From positions 1 to 64,000 of the IMG/VR virus record IMGVR_UViG_3300026158_000083: 64,000 bases of DNA; one strand, written 5' to 3'. The notes beneath the pieces were generated by a model. The model saw nothing but the letters and a program-made list of their open reading frames with translations, was not told the origin of the DNA and did not search any database. The translations under genes and the position numbers were made by a program. Shown piece after piece: positions 48,774-56,962 of this stretch (its first letter is position 1; each line of letters begins with the position of its first letter). This DNA is from a virus. Taxonomy: Duplodnaviria; Caudoviricetes.

Positions 48774-50090
48774 TTAGTGTAGTTCGCTTAGTATCAAACC
48801 GGATGACGGATTGATCGCGTAATCGCAGTAGCCAGGTTGCGCGCGTCGCGAATGTTTCAGTCGCAGACGCAATACATCGGGCGACTTTTCGGCATCGTAT
48901 TCGGATATCAGAATGTGATCGGCGGCAGCAGGCAACGCACCACCACCTTTAGCACCTGGGCTATAAGAACTGCCGCCTAGACCAATCGTGGCTTCGTTCT
49001 GCTGCGATAGAATCACAGCCACAACGCCCTCAGTTACGGCAAAGTTCTGAATCAGACCGACTGTGGCTTCCACGTTTTCAAAAAGTCGATCTGCGCGTCG
49101 TGAGTTCATCAACTGCATGTGGTCAACGATAATCATGTCCGTGTTATAGAGAAACTTGTCGCGGGTAATACGGGCGTTGAAGCGTTCCAAATTCGTGATG
49201 CCGTCACGTCCATCGCAGACACGAATGTACTGACCTAGATGATTCAGTTCTGCGCGCGCCTCAACCAGCGCCTTGTGTTGATTGGCTGTGCGCAGAGCCG
49301 CGCGCAGATGCAGACCATCCAAACAGCCTTCAATCGCAAAGTCGTCCATATCTAGCCATCGATGCAGCCGCTCGGTCGCCAACATCGCCCACATATCAGT
49401 AAAGATATCCTTGCGCTCGCCTTCCAATGCGAACATGCCGACTTGCTTGTTAGCACGCGCCGCAGCTAGTGCCATGTTGCGCGCCACAGTGGATTTGCGC
49501 GACTTGTACGGTGCGATCAGCGCAATGATTTGACCTGGTTTGAAACCGCCACCGATACGATCTGTTAGCCAGCCAAAGCCAGTTGGTATCGACGTGATAA
49601 CATTATCGTCGGCGATTTCGGCATCAACCTCACGTCCGATATCGGTCAGACCAGCAGGACGATCACTCTGACCTTCGACGGCCATGCTCAGCATGGTGAT
49701 GCTGTGAAAGATAAAGCCGTTGACATCTTTAGGACGGGTTAACGAGTCTGTCCTAATCGATTCTGTAACTTCTGCTACGCGTCGATATACGGCTTCTTGG
49801 CGAATAATATCGGCCAGCGATAGTACTTCGGTGATGATTTGCGGATTAGCTTTGGACTGCAAATCCAGCAGCACGTCGATGGTCAGAGACGGTATCTCAG
49901 CTACAACCGTGTATGGATTTGGCACCTTGCCAGCATGCGCTAAGTTTAGACAGGTGTCATAGACTTGGCGACATAGTTTATCGTGAATATCTTCTGGCTT
50001 GATGACGCCCCACACCGGAATGATGGTGCGTGGTTCGGCCAGCAGCGCACTAATCAACGCGCGTTCAATGTCTAGTAGCGGCACGTCCAT
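48774..50090 (-). CDS. dnaB: DnaB-like replicative helicase with atypical Walker A
   Basis: N-terminal IERALISALL; IIVDHMQL; LSQ; GGGALPAAAD. Walker A reads APYKSRKS. Confidence 0.85.
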   Translation of the reverse strand: MDVPLLDIERALISALLAEPRTIIPVWGVIKPEDIHDKLCRQVYDTCLNLAHAGKVPNPYTVVAEIPSLTIDVLLDLQSKANPQIITEVLSLADIIRQEAVYRRVAEVTESIRTDSLTRPKDVNGFIFHSITMLSMAVEGQSDRPAGLTDIGREVDAEIADDNVITSIPTGFGWLTDRIGGGFKPGQIIALIAPYKSRKSTVARNMALAAARANKQVGMFALEGERKDIFTDMWAMLATERLHRWLDMDDFAIEGCLDGLHLRAALRTANQHKALVEARAELNHLGQYIRVCDGRDGITNLERFNARITRDKFLYNTDMIIVDHMQLMNSRRADRLFENVEATVGLIQNFAVTEGVVAVILSQQNEATIGLGGSSYSPGAKGGGALPAAADHILISEYDAEKSPDVLRLRLKHSRRAQPGYCDYAINPSSGLILSELH

Positions 50091-50099
50091 AGTCGCATC

Positions 50100-50390
50100 C
50101 TATTTTTCAGGCCAGCGCAACGCCTTTTGGCGCATACAGTCTGTTCTGTGTTGTCCGCTCCATGAAGTCTCATTGCACCACGGACAACGCCGACCATCAC
50201 TAAGCGACACATATTCTACGGCTAATAGCGTAGCCCGTAGCACGGCAATTTCGTCGTGCAATTCGCGCAGCGCTTTTTGTTGGTTCTTAATCATTTCATG
50301 GTTGGTGTCCATGAGCCTTCCTATCAAACGTGTTGTGGATTTAGATTCGGCGAGAATTGCGCAGGCGCGTTGCAGTTCGGTATCAGTCAT
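50100..50390 (-). CDS. Hypothetical protein, coiled coil + CPWC
   Basis: ORF packing; CPWC-HRTDC. Confidence 0.55.
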   Translation of the reverse strand: MTDTELQRACAILAESKSTTRLIGRLMDTNHEMIKNQQKALRELHDEIAVLRATLLAVEYVSLSDGRRCPWCNETSWSGQHRTDCMRQKALRWPEK

Positions 50391-50802
50391 GATCTGCGAC
50401 CGTAGCATCTGCTAATGTGTAGGCGTCGATATAGTCCAGCAGATGCTCAATTAGGCCAATAGTGCTGCGGCGCTTGGCGTTAGGCATATCGTTCATGCGC
50501 CGCACGAAGCGCCACATGTCCGGCTTGGGCACCGGATAGTTTGGCTCAGCAGAAATGCTCGGATCATCAGTGTTGCCAAATAGATATTCAGTGCTGGTGT
50601 TGAGCGCCTTGGCTAGCGCCAATACTGTCCATGAATCGGCGCGCGTATGATCGTTCTCAACGCGCGAAATACTCTCGCGCTGTAGACCTTTACCTTGCGG
50701 CACGTATGCGCGTGCTATCTCTGCCAAACCTTCTTGCGAAAGGTTCTTTTGCAAGCGTAGTTGTTTGATGCGTTCACCCATTGTGGTCATTTTGTTCACC
50801 AT
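50383..50802 (-). CDS. XRE-family HTH transcriptional regulator
   Basis: GERIKQLR-LSQEGLA-ISRVEN-LAKALNTSTEYLFG. Confidence 0.88.
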   Translation of the reverse strand: MVNKMTTMGERIKQLRLQKNLSQEGLAEIARAYVPQGKGLQRESISRVENDHTRADSWTVLALAKALNTSTEYLFGNTDDPSISAEPNYPVPKPDMWRFVRRMNDMPNAKRRSTIGLIEHLLDYIDAYTLADATVADHD

Positions 50803-51023
50803 TCAAACTTGTAGCGATGCGCCTTGCCGTAATGTATGTGCAAAACGCGCTTGCTTTTGAATACGCGCCGACAGTCAGGATGCCAGCAGCGCCAGACGTT
50901 AGGACCGTCGTTTTCGTGATCCGCAGCGTGTTGTGCAGAATTTTCCTGCGGCACAAACTCGGCGCAGATAGGACATTGCGTCCAGCTTGTGACTGCGAAA
51001 TCTTCGGTAGTTTTACTGCTCAT
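50796..51023 (-). CDS. Tandem C2H2 zinc-finger protein
   Basis: CPIC-x11-H-x3-H and C-x4-C-x3-F-x5-L-x2-H-x4-H. Confidence 0.75.
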   Translation of the reverse strand: MSSKTTEDFAVTSWTQCPICAEFVPQENSAQHAADHENDGPNVWRCWHPDCRRVFKSKRVLHIHYGKAHRYKFEW

Positions 51024-51402
51024 CTTGACATGGTCCCCACTGAATGGCTTGTCTGCGCCAGTTCACCATATCGCCGCCACTGTGCGCAGTCCAGTTGCTA
51101 GAATGACTCAGTGCGCCCGTGATTGAAGCGTATTTGGCGTTGAAGTAATCGGCTAATTCGCGACTCGTAAACGGTCGTCCGACGCGCTCATAAAATTCAG
51201 CGGCCATTCGCTCGACTTCATCGACGGTCAGATTGACTTCGACCTTGCGAACCACCTCGTCTATTTCGGCGGCGTCGTTAGCGGCTTCTTCTTCGGCCCA
51301 GTTAGTCAAGGCCAGCCACGGACGAACAGAACGCCATGCGACATCATTATTGACGCGTCGCGCGGCGTTGAGCATCGCCTTCACAATGAAATCAGTCGCC
51401 AT
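51013..51402 (-). CDS. Putative winged-helix protein
   Basis: FTSRELADYFNAKYASITGALS. Confidence 0.5.
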   Translation of the reverse strand: MATDFIVKAMLNAARRVNNDVAWRSVRPWLALTNWAEEEAANDAAEIDEVVRKVEVNLTVDEVERMAAEFYERVGRPFTSRELADYFNAKYASITGALSHSSNWTAHSGGDMVNWRRQAIQWGPCQDEQ

Positions 51403-51664
51403 AGGATAAACTCGTTTCGGATAGCGGCAGACACGACAGACCCGCGCGACCTTGATTTGACGGTGCGTAAAGATAGCAAACTACACCGGCATCATTGTCG
51501 ATAATGCGCACTATGGGCCAGTCGGCGATTACTTCGCTAGTTGACTTGTCTGTGCCGATGTAAGCAGATGGCACAGCACAACTGCTAAGTAGCGACGCGC
51601 TTGCTAATATAGCAATTACTGAAAACATCACTAGCGTGAACCACGCATACGTTTTAGGACTCAT
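51392..51664 (-). CDS. Putative lipoprotein
   Basis: Hydrophobic signal ending LSSC; GVVCY-LSC motif. Confidence 0.6.
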   Translation of the reverse strand: MSPKTYAWFTLVMFSVIAILASASLLSSCAVPSAYIGTDKSTSEVIADWPIVRIIDNDAGVVCYLYAPSNQGRAGLSCLPLSETSLSYGD

Positions 51665-51681
51665 GCACCCTCCTGTTGTGG

Positions 51682-52725
51682 TTAAACTTCGGCAATTAGT
51701 TGTCCGTTTTGCACCATTTTCTTGCGCAGTTCGCGCGCCCGCGCCTGCATAGGCGGATCAGGACGCGTGGGTGCTTTGTTGTGTTGTTCTTCCGCAGCCG
51801 CAGCTGCAACGCTTACGGCAATGCTGTCAAGCAGTTGCGCGTACGTGGGTATTGGCGTGTTAGTCGCACGCCATCTATCGCCCAGCCACCATTTCTCAAA
51901 GTCAAGAATCTGTTGCGGTAAGTAGCCAGCCTTGACTAATTCCGACGCGCATTTACCAATGCGCGCAGCGACGGACTTGAGTTTGCCGTCTTTGTGACAG
52001 ACTGTCGCAACGGCCTCAAACATCGCCTGTTGCTCAGTCGGCTCACGTTCACTAACGGCAGCTTGCACTGGTTCGCTCGGCGCAGACTTTGCGGCAACAA
52101 ACTGCGAAGCAGTTTGTTTAACCGTAATATTCTCTGTAGTAGTCTCTGTATTTGTATCTGTTGGCGAAAGACGGCCTATCTGTTGATCGACCACCCCCCT
52201 ATCTGTTGATGAACAGATAGCTATCAGTTGATCGTCTGCATCGTCCATGTCACACGCCACAGGTTGATTGATATGCGCCAATGCGTTGACAACTGGCTCA
52301 ACAAACATGACATTGGAGACGACTACATCGCTAATGACTAGGGTGCGAAACTCTAACGTAATTAGACCTTTTTCGCTTAGCCAGAGCAATGCGTTACGCG
52401 CTTGATCTTTTCCCATGCCGAATTTATCGGCAAATGCTTGGTAATTGCGTTGCAACTTGTCATGTGCAAAACGCCGTTCAACGGCAACGATTTTGCCGCT
52501 AGTTTCATCGCGCGTAATTTTTGGTCGATACCAGTAACAGATTTCTGCCAGAATTATGATTGCTTCTAAATATGGCCGTTCGCATACGATGTTGGTTTTA
52601 CTTTGCCTAATCGGTTTAGTTAGATAGTGATACCATGCTTCTGGTATTACGTTGCCGCTAAAATGCAGCTCGCCCATAGCTGTTACAGTGTTCGTTGGTG
52701 GACGCGTGCTATTTTTTTGATTCAT
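51682..52725 (-). CDS. Replication initiator protein
   Basis: FSGNVIPEAWY-LAEICYWYRP-YQAFADKFG-GLITLEFRT winged-helix N-domain; contains iterons. Confidence 0.8.
   Translation of the reverse strand: MNQKNSTRPPTNTVTAMGELHFSGNVIPEAWYHYLTKPIRQSKTNIVCERPYLEAIIILAEICYWYRPKITRDETSGKIVAVERRFAHDKLQRNYQAFADKFGMGKDQARNALLWLSEKGLITLEFRTLVISDVVVSNVMFVEPVVNALAHINQPVACDMDDADDQLIAICSSTDRGVVDQQIGRLSPTDTNTETTTENITVKQTASQFVAAKSAPSEPVQAAVSEREPTEQQAMFEAVATVCHKDGKLKSVAARIGKCASELVKAGYLPQQILDFEKWWLGDRWRATNTPIPTYAQLLDSIAVSVAAAAAEEQHNKAPTRPDPPMQARARELRKKMVQNGQLIAEV
52155..52232. repeat. Iteron cluster, probable replication origin
   Basis: TATC(T/A)GTTG at 52155, 52177, 52200 and 52222, plus inverted AACAGATAG (52212-52220), beside an AT-rich tract. 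Confidence 0.7.
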
Positions 52726-53149
52726 GTCGAATCTCCGCGACGTATGCGTCAAGCGCCTGCCTCACTGCATTTTTGTTGAGTAGATATTGGTCTATCTCAT
52801 TTGATTCAGCGCGGGTGTTCAGGCGTCGCTCAATAAAGCCATTAGTCGATAAACATTCTAAACCGATATAGATTTCTGATTCGTCAAATATGTTGAAACA
52901 AGCGCCTTTCAAACCATTTATAGAAGCAGAAATCCAAAAAGAGCTATGCAGCAAAGGTTGACCTGCTCTAGCGCGCCGTTTGTTTTCTTCTTTGTCCAAA
53001 ACTATGTTCAGCTCTATTGTGCGAGTTTGATAATCAAAGATGTCCAGCAAAACCGCGGCTGAAAGTTTTCCGGTAATCGTGAGAAAGTCTTTGCGCAAAT
53101 TGATTATCGAATTGAATGGACTATCTCCAAAACAAGTAATTTCAATCAT
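52709..53149 (-). CDS. Second winged-helix initiator-like protein
   Basis: RKDFLTITGKLSAAVLLD-FW-GFIERR-QYLLN. AT-rich. Confidence 0.55.
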   Translation of the reverse strand: MIEITCFGDSPFNSIINLRKDFLTITGKLSAAVLLDIFDYQTRTIELNIVLDKEENKRRARAGQPLLHSSFWISASINGLKGACFNIFDESEIYIGLECLSTNGFIERRLNTRAESNEIDQYLLNKNAVRQALDAYVAEIRHESKK

Positions 53150-53339
53150 TTTTTTGCGCCTCTTTTCTTGGCGAACCACCGCGTTCAAGAAATGCTTCAA
53201 ACTCGCTAACTGGTACGCGATAAAGACGACCGACACGGATACTCTTGATTTCGCGACTGGACACCAGCTTATAAATCATAGCAACGCTAACGTCCAGCTT
53301 TTTAGCCATTTCTTCAAGCGATATATATGCTTCCGACAT
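53142..53339 (-). CDS. Excisionase-like HTH (HTH_17) protein
   Basis: ISLEEMAKKLDVS-IYKLV-IKSIRVGRLYRVP. Confidence 0.85.
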   Translation of the reverse strand: MSEAYISLEEMAKKLDVSVAMIYKLVSSREIKSIRVGRLYRVPVSEFEAFLERGGSPRKEAQKND

Positions 53340-53344
53340 GCTAC

Positions 53345-53402
53345 GTTATACTCCTTATAAATTAGTTTAGTGGAGTATAACACACGACATGAAACTTGTC
53401 AA
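53345..53402 (-). promoter_or_regulatory. Near-consensus sigma70 promoter with 10-bp inverted repeat
   Basis: TTGACA (53402-53397), 17 bp, TATACT (53379-53374). GTTATACTCC / GGAGTATAAC arms cover the -10 box and the RBS. Confidence 0.8.
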
Positions 53403-53446
53403 ATACAGTATTGAGGCGTCGTAGGCCGCGTGTTGTGTGCGTTAGG

Positions 53447-53635
53447 TCACATATCTGGAGAGTTGTGCGGCTCGTTGTGTAGGCGCAGGCGCGCTAGTTG
53501 TTCCTGTTCATGCAGACGTTGTAGGATATTGCGCCAGTAGTGGCGCGACGCGCTGAAGGTTGGGTTAGTTTCGCAATGCTGAATTTGGGTTTCGGCATTG
53601 GCAATGCAGACGCGAAGATCGGTGAGTTCATCCAT
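53447..53635 (-). CDS. Small helical protein
   Basis: AGGAG RBS just after the ncRNA terminator. Confidence 0.55.
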   Translation of the reverse strand: MDELTDLRVCIANAETQIQHCETNPTFSASRHYWRNILQRLHEQEQLARLRLHNEPHNSPDM

Positions 53636-53651
53636 AGCGACTCCTGTGACT

Positions 53652-53977
53652 AAAATCAAGCCGGGGGACACCTTGCGGCATCCCCCGGCAATCTAGGAGG
53701 GAGACGGTCGTCACTCCGTCCGGGAGAAAACGACTGCTAACAGTCTGAGAAAGAGCGCATCAAACTTGGCCGTAGCAGTCGCTCCCGCACGGAACGACTA
53801 GGTTTTATCAGGGCCACGTTGGCACGCAGCCCTGAATCCTCTTGCACGTTCTCTACCATTCTGTTGTATTAGGTTGTTACTGTCCTCTGCCAAGACTTAA
53901 GCGAGCGCACCTCCTTTCTTGTTGGGAAAGACACTGTACCGACTCGCCTATATCCTCAGGACTAAGCGCGCTTGATC
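53652..53977 (-). ncRNA. Candidate structured non-coding RNA, about 320 nt
   Basis: Upstream promoter, several stems and a terminal GC hairpin with TTGATTTT; no ORF with a well-spaced RBS. Confidence 0.5.
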
Positions 53978-54012
53978 GTCTCTACGTTAGCACTTTCAAG
54001 CGCGCCTGTCAA
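53966..54012 (-). promoter_or_regulatory. Sigma70 promoter with flanking inverted repeat
   Basis: TTGACA (54012-54007), 17 bp, TAACGT (53989-53984); GCGCGCTTGA (53966-53975) / TCAAGCGCGC (53996-54005). Confidence 0.65.
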
Positions 54013-54039
54013 GACCTACAAGCTTAAAGTTTCGGCAGT

Positions 54040-55068
54040 TCAGATGTTCAAAAGTTGGCCGCGCCACGGTACGTTTGTGCTGGTCTGCGGCGTGATTGAC
54101 TCAGGCGCAGCGAATAACGCTTCCAACACGTTATCAGTCACGGAAACAAGCTCTTTGCGTGCTTCGCCAAAACGCCTGGACGTGCGCAGCAGGCTTCTGA
54201 AGGCTAACGCACTATGCGTTAGCAAAAAGTCGTCCGGTTTATCAGGACAGTCTACTAGACGCGCTCTAGCGCCGATTTGCTTAGCCAGCGCTAAGGCAGC
54301 CTGTTCTTCGCCAGGGTCAAAAGCCAGGAAAACGTGCTTGCAGTATTGCAGTTTTGCCAGCCATTCCGGCAGCCAATTGTTGCAGCCAGCAGTCGGACTT
54401 ACGGCTGCAAAACCGGCTTGCCACAGACCGACAACTTTTAGTTCGCCTGCGACAACGATGATGTAGGTTTGTTCAGGTGTCAAGATGTCACCGTTGAACA
54501 GATGCGTGCCGCGACCTGTGTCATATGGTCGATACTTGTCTTTGACGCGCTGCGCATCAGCCATGCGCAGTCGAATGTTGACCAGCAGACCGTTCTCAAT
54601 TACGGGAATGCTGTAGGTTTTGCCGTAATTGTAGTGGTCGCAGACGCCTAATTTGAAGTGCGCTTGCGCGGCCAGACTGATGCCGCGATCCACCCACCAG
54701 TTGATGTCGGCTTGGTTCATGGCCGCGTGCAGCTTCAGATGCAAGTCTGGCGGCAGCGCGGGTGGGCGCACCGGCTCCGGTCGCGGTCGCGCGGGTAGCG
54801 GTGTTAGGCCGACGTGACTGCTGAGGATTTCACAGGCGCGCGCAAAATCCACGTTCTGCGTGAGCATGACCCAATCAATGACTGTGCCGCCGCAACCCCG
54901 GCTGTACCAGAAAAATGAGTTGGTGTTCACAAACAGTTTGAGTGAGTCATGCTCTTTGGTTGAGAGTGTGTGGCCGTGCCCGATGATGGTCAGACCGCTG
55001 AGCGTTACCAGTTTAGCGATGGGCACGGTCTTGATTTGTTCCAGATCGAACTTCTCATGTTGGTCCAT
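54040..55068 (-). CDS. DnaG-like primase (degenerate zinc-binding domain + Toprim) with altered acidic motifs
   Basis: GCGGTVIDWVM-DFARACEIL; WWVDRGIS; IPV; VVAGELK; LAFDPG; DKPDDFL. Confidence 0.75.
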   Translation of the reverse strand: MDQHEKFDLEQIKTVPIAKLVTLSGLTIIGHGHTLSTKEHDSLKLFVNTNSFFWYSRGCGGTVIDWVMLTQNVDFARACEILSSHVGLTPLPARPRPEPVRPPALPPDLHLKLHAAMNQADINWWVDRGISLAAQAHFKLGVCDHYNYGKTYSIPVIENGLLVNIRLRMADAQRVKDKYRPYDTGRGTHLFNGDILTPEQTYIIVVAGELKVVGLWQAGFAAVSPTAGCNNWLPEWLAKLQYCKHVFLAFDPGEEQAALALAKQIGARARLVDCPDKPDDFLLTHSALAFRSLLRTSRRFGEARKELVSVTDNVLEALFAAPESITPQTSTNVPWRGQLLNI

Positions 55069-55291
55069 CGTCCTGTCCGTTCAGGTAGCGCACATTGGCG
55101 TGCCATGACAAGATGCCCATGCGCAGCACGGAACGCATGGCAACTGAGAGATTGTTGCCGAAGCTGCGGCGTGCGATATCGGCGAGCAACGCCTTGTCAT
55201 CGGCAGATACGCGCAGATGCAGCGTTTCGCCTAACTGTTCACCGGACGCATCGCGCAGCGGTCGGCCTTGCCGCGCACCAGTCTTAGCCAT
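55055..55291 (-). CDS. Ribbon-helix-helix regulator
   Basis: TLHLRVSADDKALLADIA-NLSVAMRSVL. Confidence 0.65.
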   Translation of the reverse strand: MAKTGARQGRPLRDASGEQLGETLHLRVSADDKALLADIARRSFGNNLSVAMRSVLRMGILSWHANVRYLNGQDDGPT

Positions 55292-55484
55292 GACTGACCT
55301 TCGCGACTGGCAGATCGACAGGCGCAGGCGCAGCTTTGACTCTAACGCAGACGGTGCAGCGCCGGCCTGCACTGCCATTCAGTCCTTTTGTTGCAAAGTT
55401 GTGCACGCGCAGGCCCGCGCCGTAGCGCTCATCTTGGAACTTGTTGGCACAAGTGCAGGACAGGATTTTTGTGTTTTGTGACAT
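55284..55484 (-). CDS. Small Cys-rich protein
   Basis: CTC-HN-CTVC; GGAG RBS. Confidence 0.6.
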   Translation of the reverse strand: MSQNTKILSCTCANKFQDERYGAGLRVHNFATKGLNGSAGRRCTVCVRVKAAPAPVDLPVAKVSHG

Positions 55485-55494
55485 GCTGTGGCTC

Positions 55495-55707
55495 CTAATC
55501 TTTGAAGTGACCGAGTCTTTTGGCTTCGCGCAGGGCGTACCAAAAGCACAGTTCGAAAGACAGTTGGGTAGTCAGATAGCCGAGTGTCAAAAGACGCGTC
55601 GGGCCATCGGTGATTTCGCAGACGCCCATCGCAATCTGATACCAGATGGGTAGCGGATAGCGATTGAAGTATAGCAGTTTGGTGTGTGGTCGTAGTTCGT
55701 CAGGCAC
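55495..55707 (-). CDS. Hypothetical protein
   Basis: AAGGAG RBS, GTG start. Confidence 0.55.
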   Translation of the reverse strand: MPDELRPHTKLLYFNRYPLPIWYQIAMGVCEITDGPTRLLTLGYLTTQLSFELCFWYALREAKRLGHFKD

Positions 55708-55728
55708 TTAGCACGCTCCTTATGGGTT

Positions 55729-55762
55729 CCCGTTAGCGCGCTAAGCACCACGCGCTAACGGG
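55729..55762. other. 12-bp intergenic hairpin without T-tract
   Basis: CCCGTTAGCGCG-n10-CGCGCTAACGGG. Confidence 0.6.
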
Positions 55763-55777
55763 ACGCAGACTCCTTTC

Positions 55778-56902
55778 CTAAATGTCTTGCAGCGTCATCT
55801 TACGCCGCACCATGCTGAACAACTCGGTTGTGTCGATCAGCATATCACCGGCAATGACTTCCATAGCAATTTGTTCGTCCTGCGTCGCGCAGCTTTGGGC
55901 GGCAAACGTGACGCCGCTAATCAGGCCCGCAACCGTGGCTTCGCCGCGCGCACCGAGCGTGATCTGCGTGCGTTGTTCTTCGTTCCAGCCATACTTCTTA
56001 GCCAGACCGGTCAGGATGCTACTGAAGTCGGGTAGGCGCTGTGTTTCGGCGGCGATCATCTTGTTGATAAACTCTGCCGATGCACCGAGCGATTGGCCGA
56101 TGGTTTCTTTGAGCACGAACAGCAGCTTATCGCGTTCGCCGCGATGCACCAATGACACGCCGACGAAGTTGCCCTGTTGATCGGCTTCCTCATCGTAGGC
56201 GTTCATGTCGGCCACGTTGAACAACGCTTGCTGGCGCACATCGCGCAGCGGGCGCAGCACGATGGAGTTCGTGCAGCCCGTCTGTTGAATCAGCGGCCAG
56301 ACCTTGCTGCGGCCTGCGCCGATTTCGTCATTAGCGATGAACGTGCCGAGCGCGTAGTGGCCGCCACGATTATCGGGTCGATCTGTGACGCTCCACATGA
56401 TGCGCAGCACCAGCTTGTTCTCGGTCAGATACGGTCGCACCAGTCGCATTTGCGGCGGCACGTTGTCGCCGATAGCGTCTATCGTCGCCAGCAGCAGATC
56501 GCTATTCGGAATGATCGGATAGCGTTCGTGCAGCACGGCGCGGCAGCTTTCGCAAAAACAGCGCACAAGCCAGCGGCGTTCGGCTAATAGTTGACTGTTC
56601 AGGTGCGTGTTGAGCAGACCGGCGCGCAGCGCGTGTGTGTGGGCTTGTAGATAATCGAACGGCAGACTCTTGTTAGAGCCTGCGCCGAAGTGACCCGGCC
56701 CTAGCTTTTGATATAGCTGACGCAGCGCATGATCGGTCATCTCGACGGGCGGCACGATTTCTGCACCGTCGCGTCGCAGATTCAGATTGCAGTCCAAATC
56801 GAACGACATTTCTGGGCAGGACACGACATGATCGTGTTTGTACTCGTCGTCTTCCTGACTTTGGCTTAACAGCCAGTAAAGTTCCTCTATAGGGGTTCTC
56901 AA
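55778..56902 (-). CDS. DUF932-like protein
   Basis: HALRQL-RAVLHERY-IANDEIG-CTNS-HRG pattern. Confidence 0.7.
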   Translation of the reverse strand: MRTPIEELYWLLSQSQEDDEYKHDHVVSCPEMSFDLDCNLNLRRDGAEIVPPVEMTDHALRQLYQKLGPGHFGAGSNKSLPFDYLQAHTHALRAGLLNTHLNSQLLAERRWLVRCFCESCRAVLHERYPIIPNSDLLLATIDAIGDNVPPQMRLVRPYLTENKLVLRIMWSVTDRPDNRGGHYALGTFIANDEIGAGRSKVWPLIQQTGCTNSIVLRPLRDVRQQALFNVADMNAYDEEADQQGNFVGVSLVHRGERDKLLFVLKETIGQSLGASAEFINKMIAAETQRLPDFSSILTGLAKKYGWNEEQRTQITLGARGEATVAGLISGVTFAAQSCATQDEQIAMEVIAGDMLIDTTELFSMVRRKMTLQDI

Positions 56903-56912
56903 TGGTCCTCCT

Positions 56913-56946
56913 AAAACAAGCAGGCGCGGTGTGTGACCGCGCCTGC
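56913..56946 (-). terminator. Intrinsic terminator
   Basis: GCAGGCGCGGT / ACCGCGCCTGC 11-bp stem followed by TTGTTTT on the - strand. Confidence 0.75.
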
Positions 56947-56962
56947 AACACTGCGGCTGCGC

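Noticed and set aside
50383-53339. Lysogeny switch or integration module
   Set aside because: The XRE and excisionase-like genes are co-directional, with no divergent partner, integrase or att site in the window. Lifestyle is undetermined.
53652-53977. Hammerhead, tmRNA, RNase P or type I toxin identity for the ncRNA
   Set aside because: CTGAGGA lacks a valid stem II-GAAA, there are no tRNA-like ends or GAGGAAAGTCC, and no hydrophobic ORF follows the SD-like sequence.
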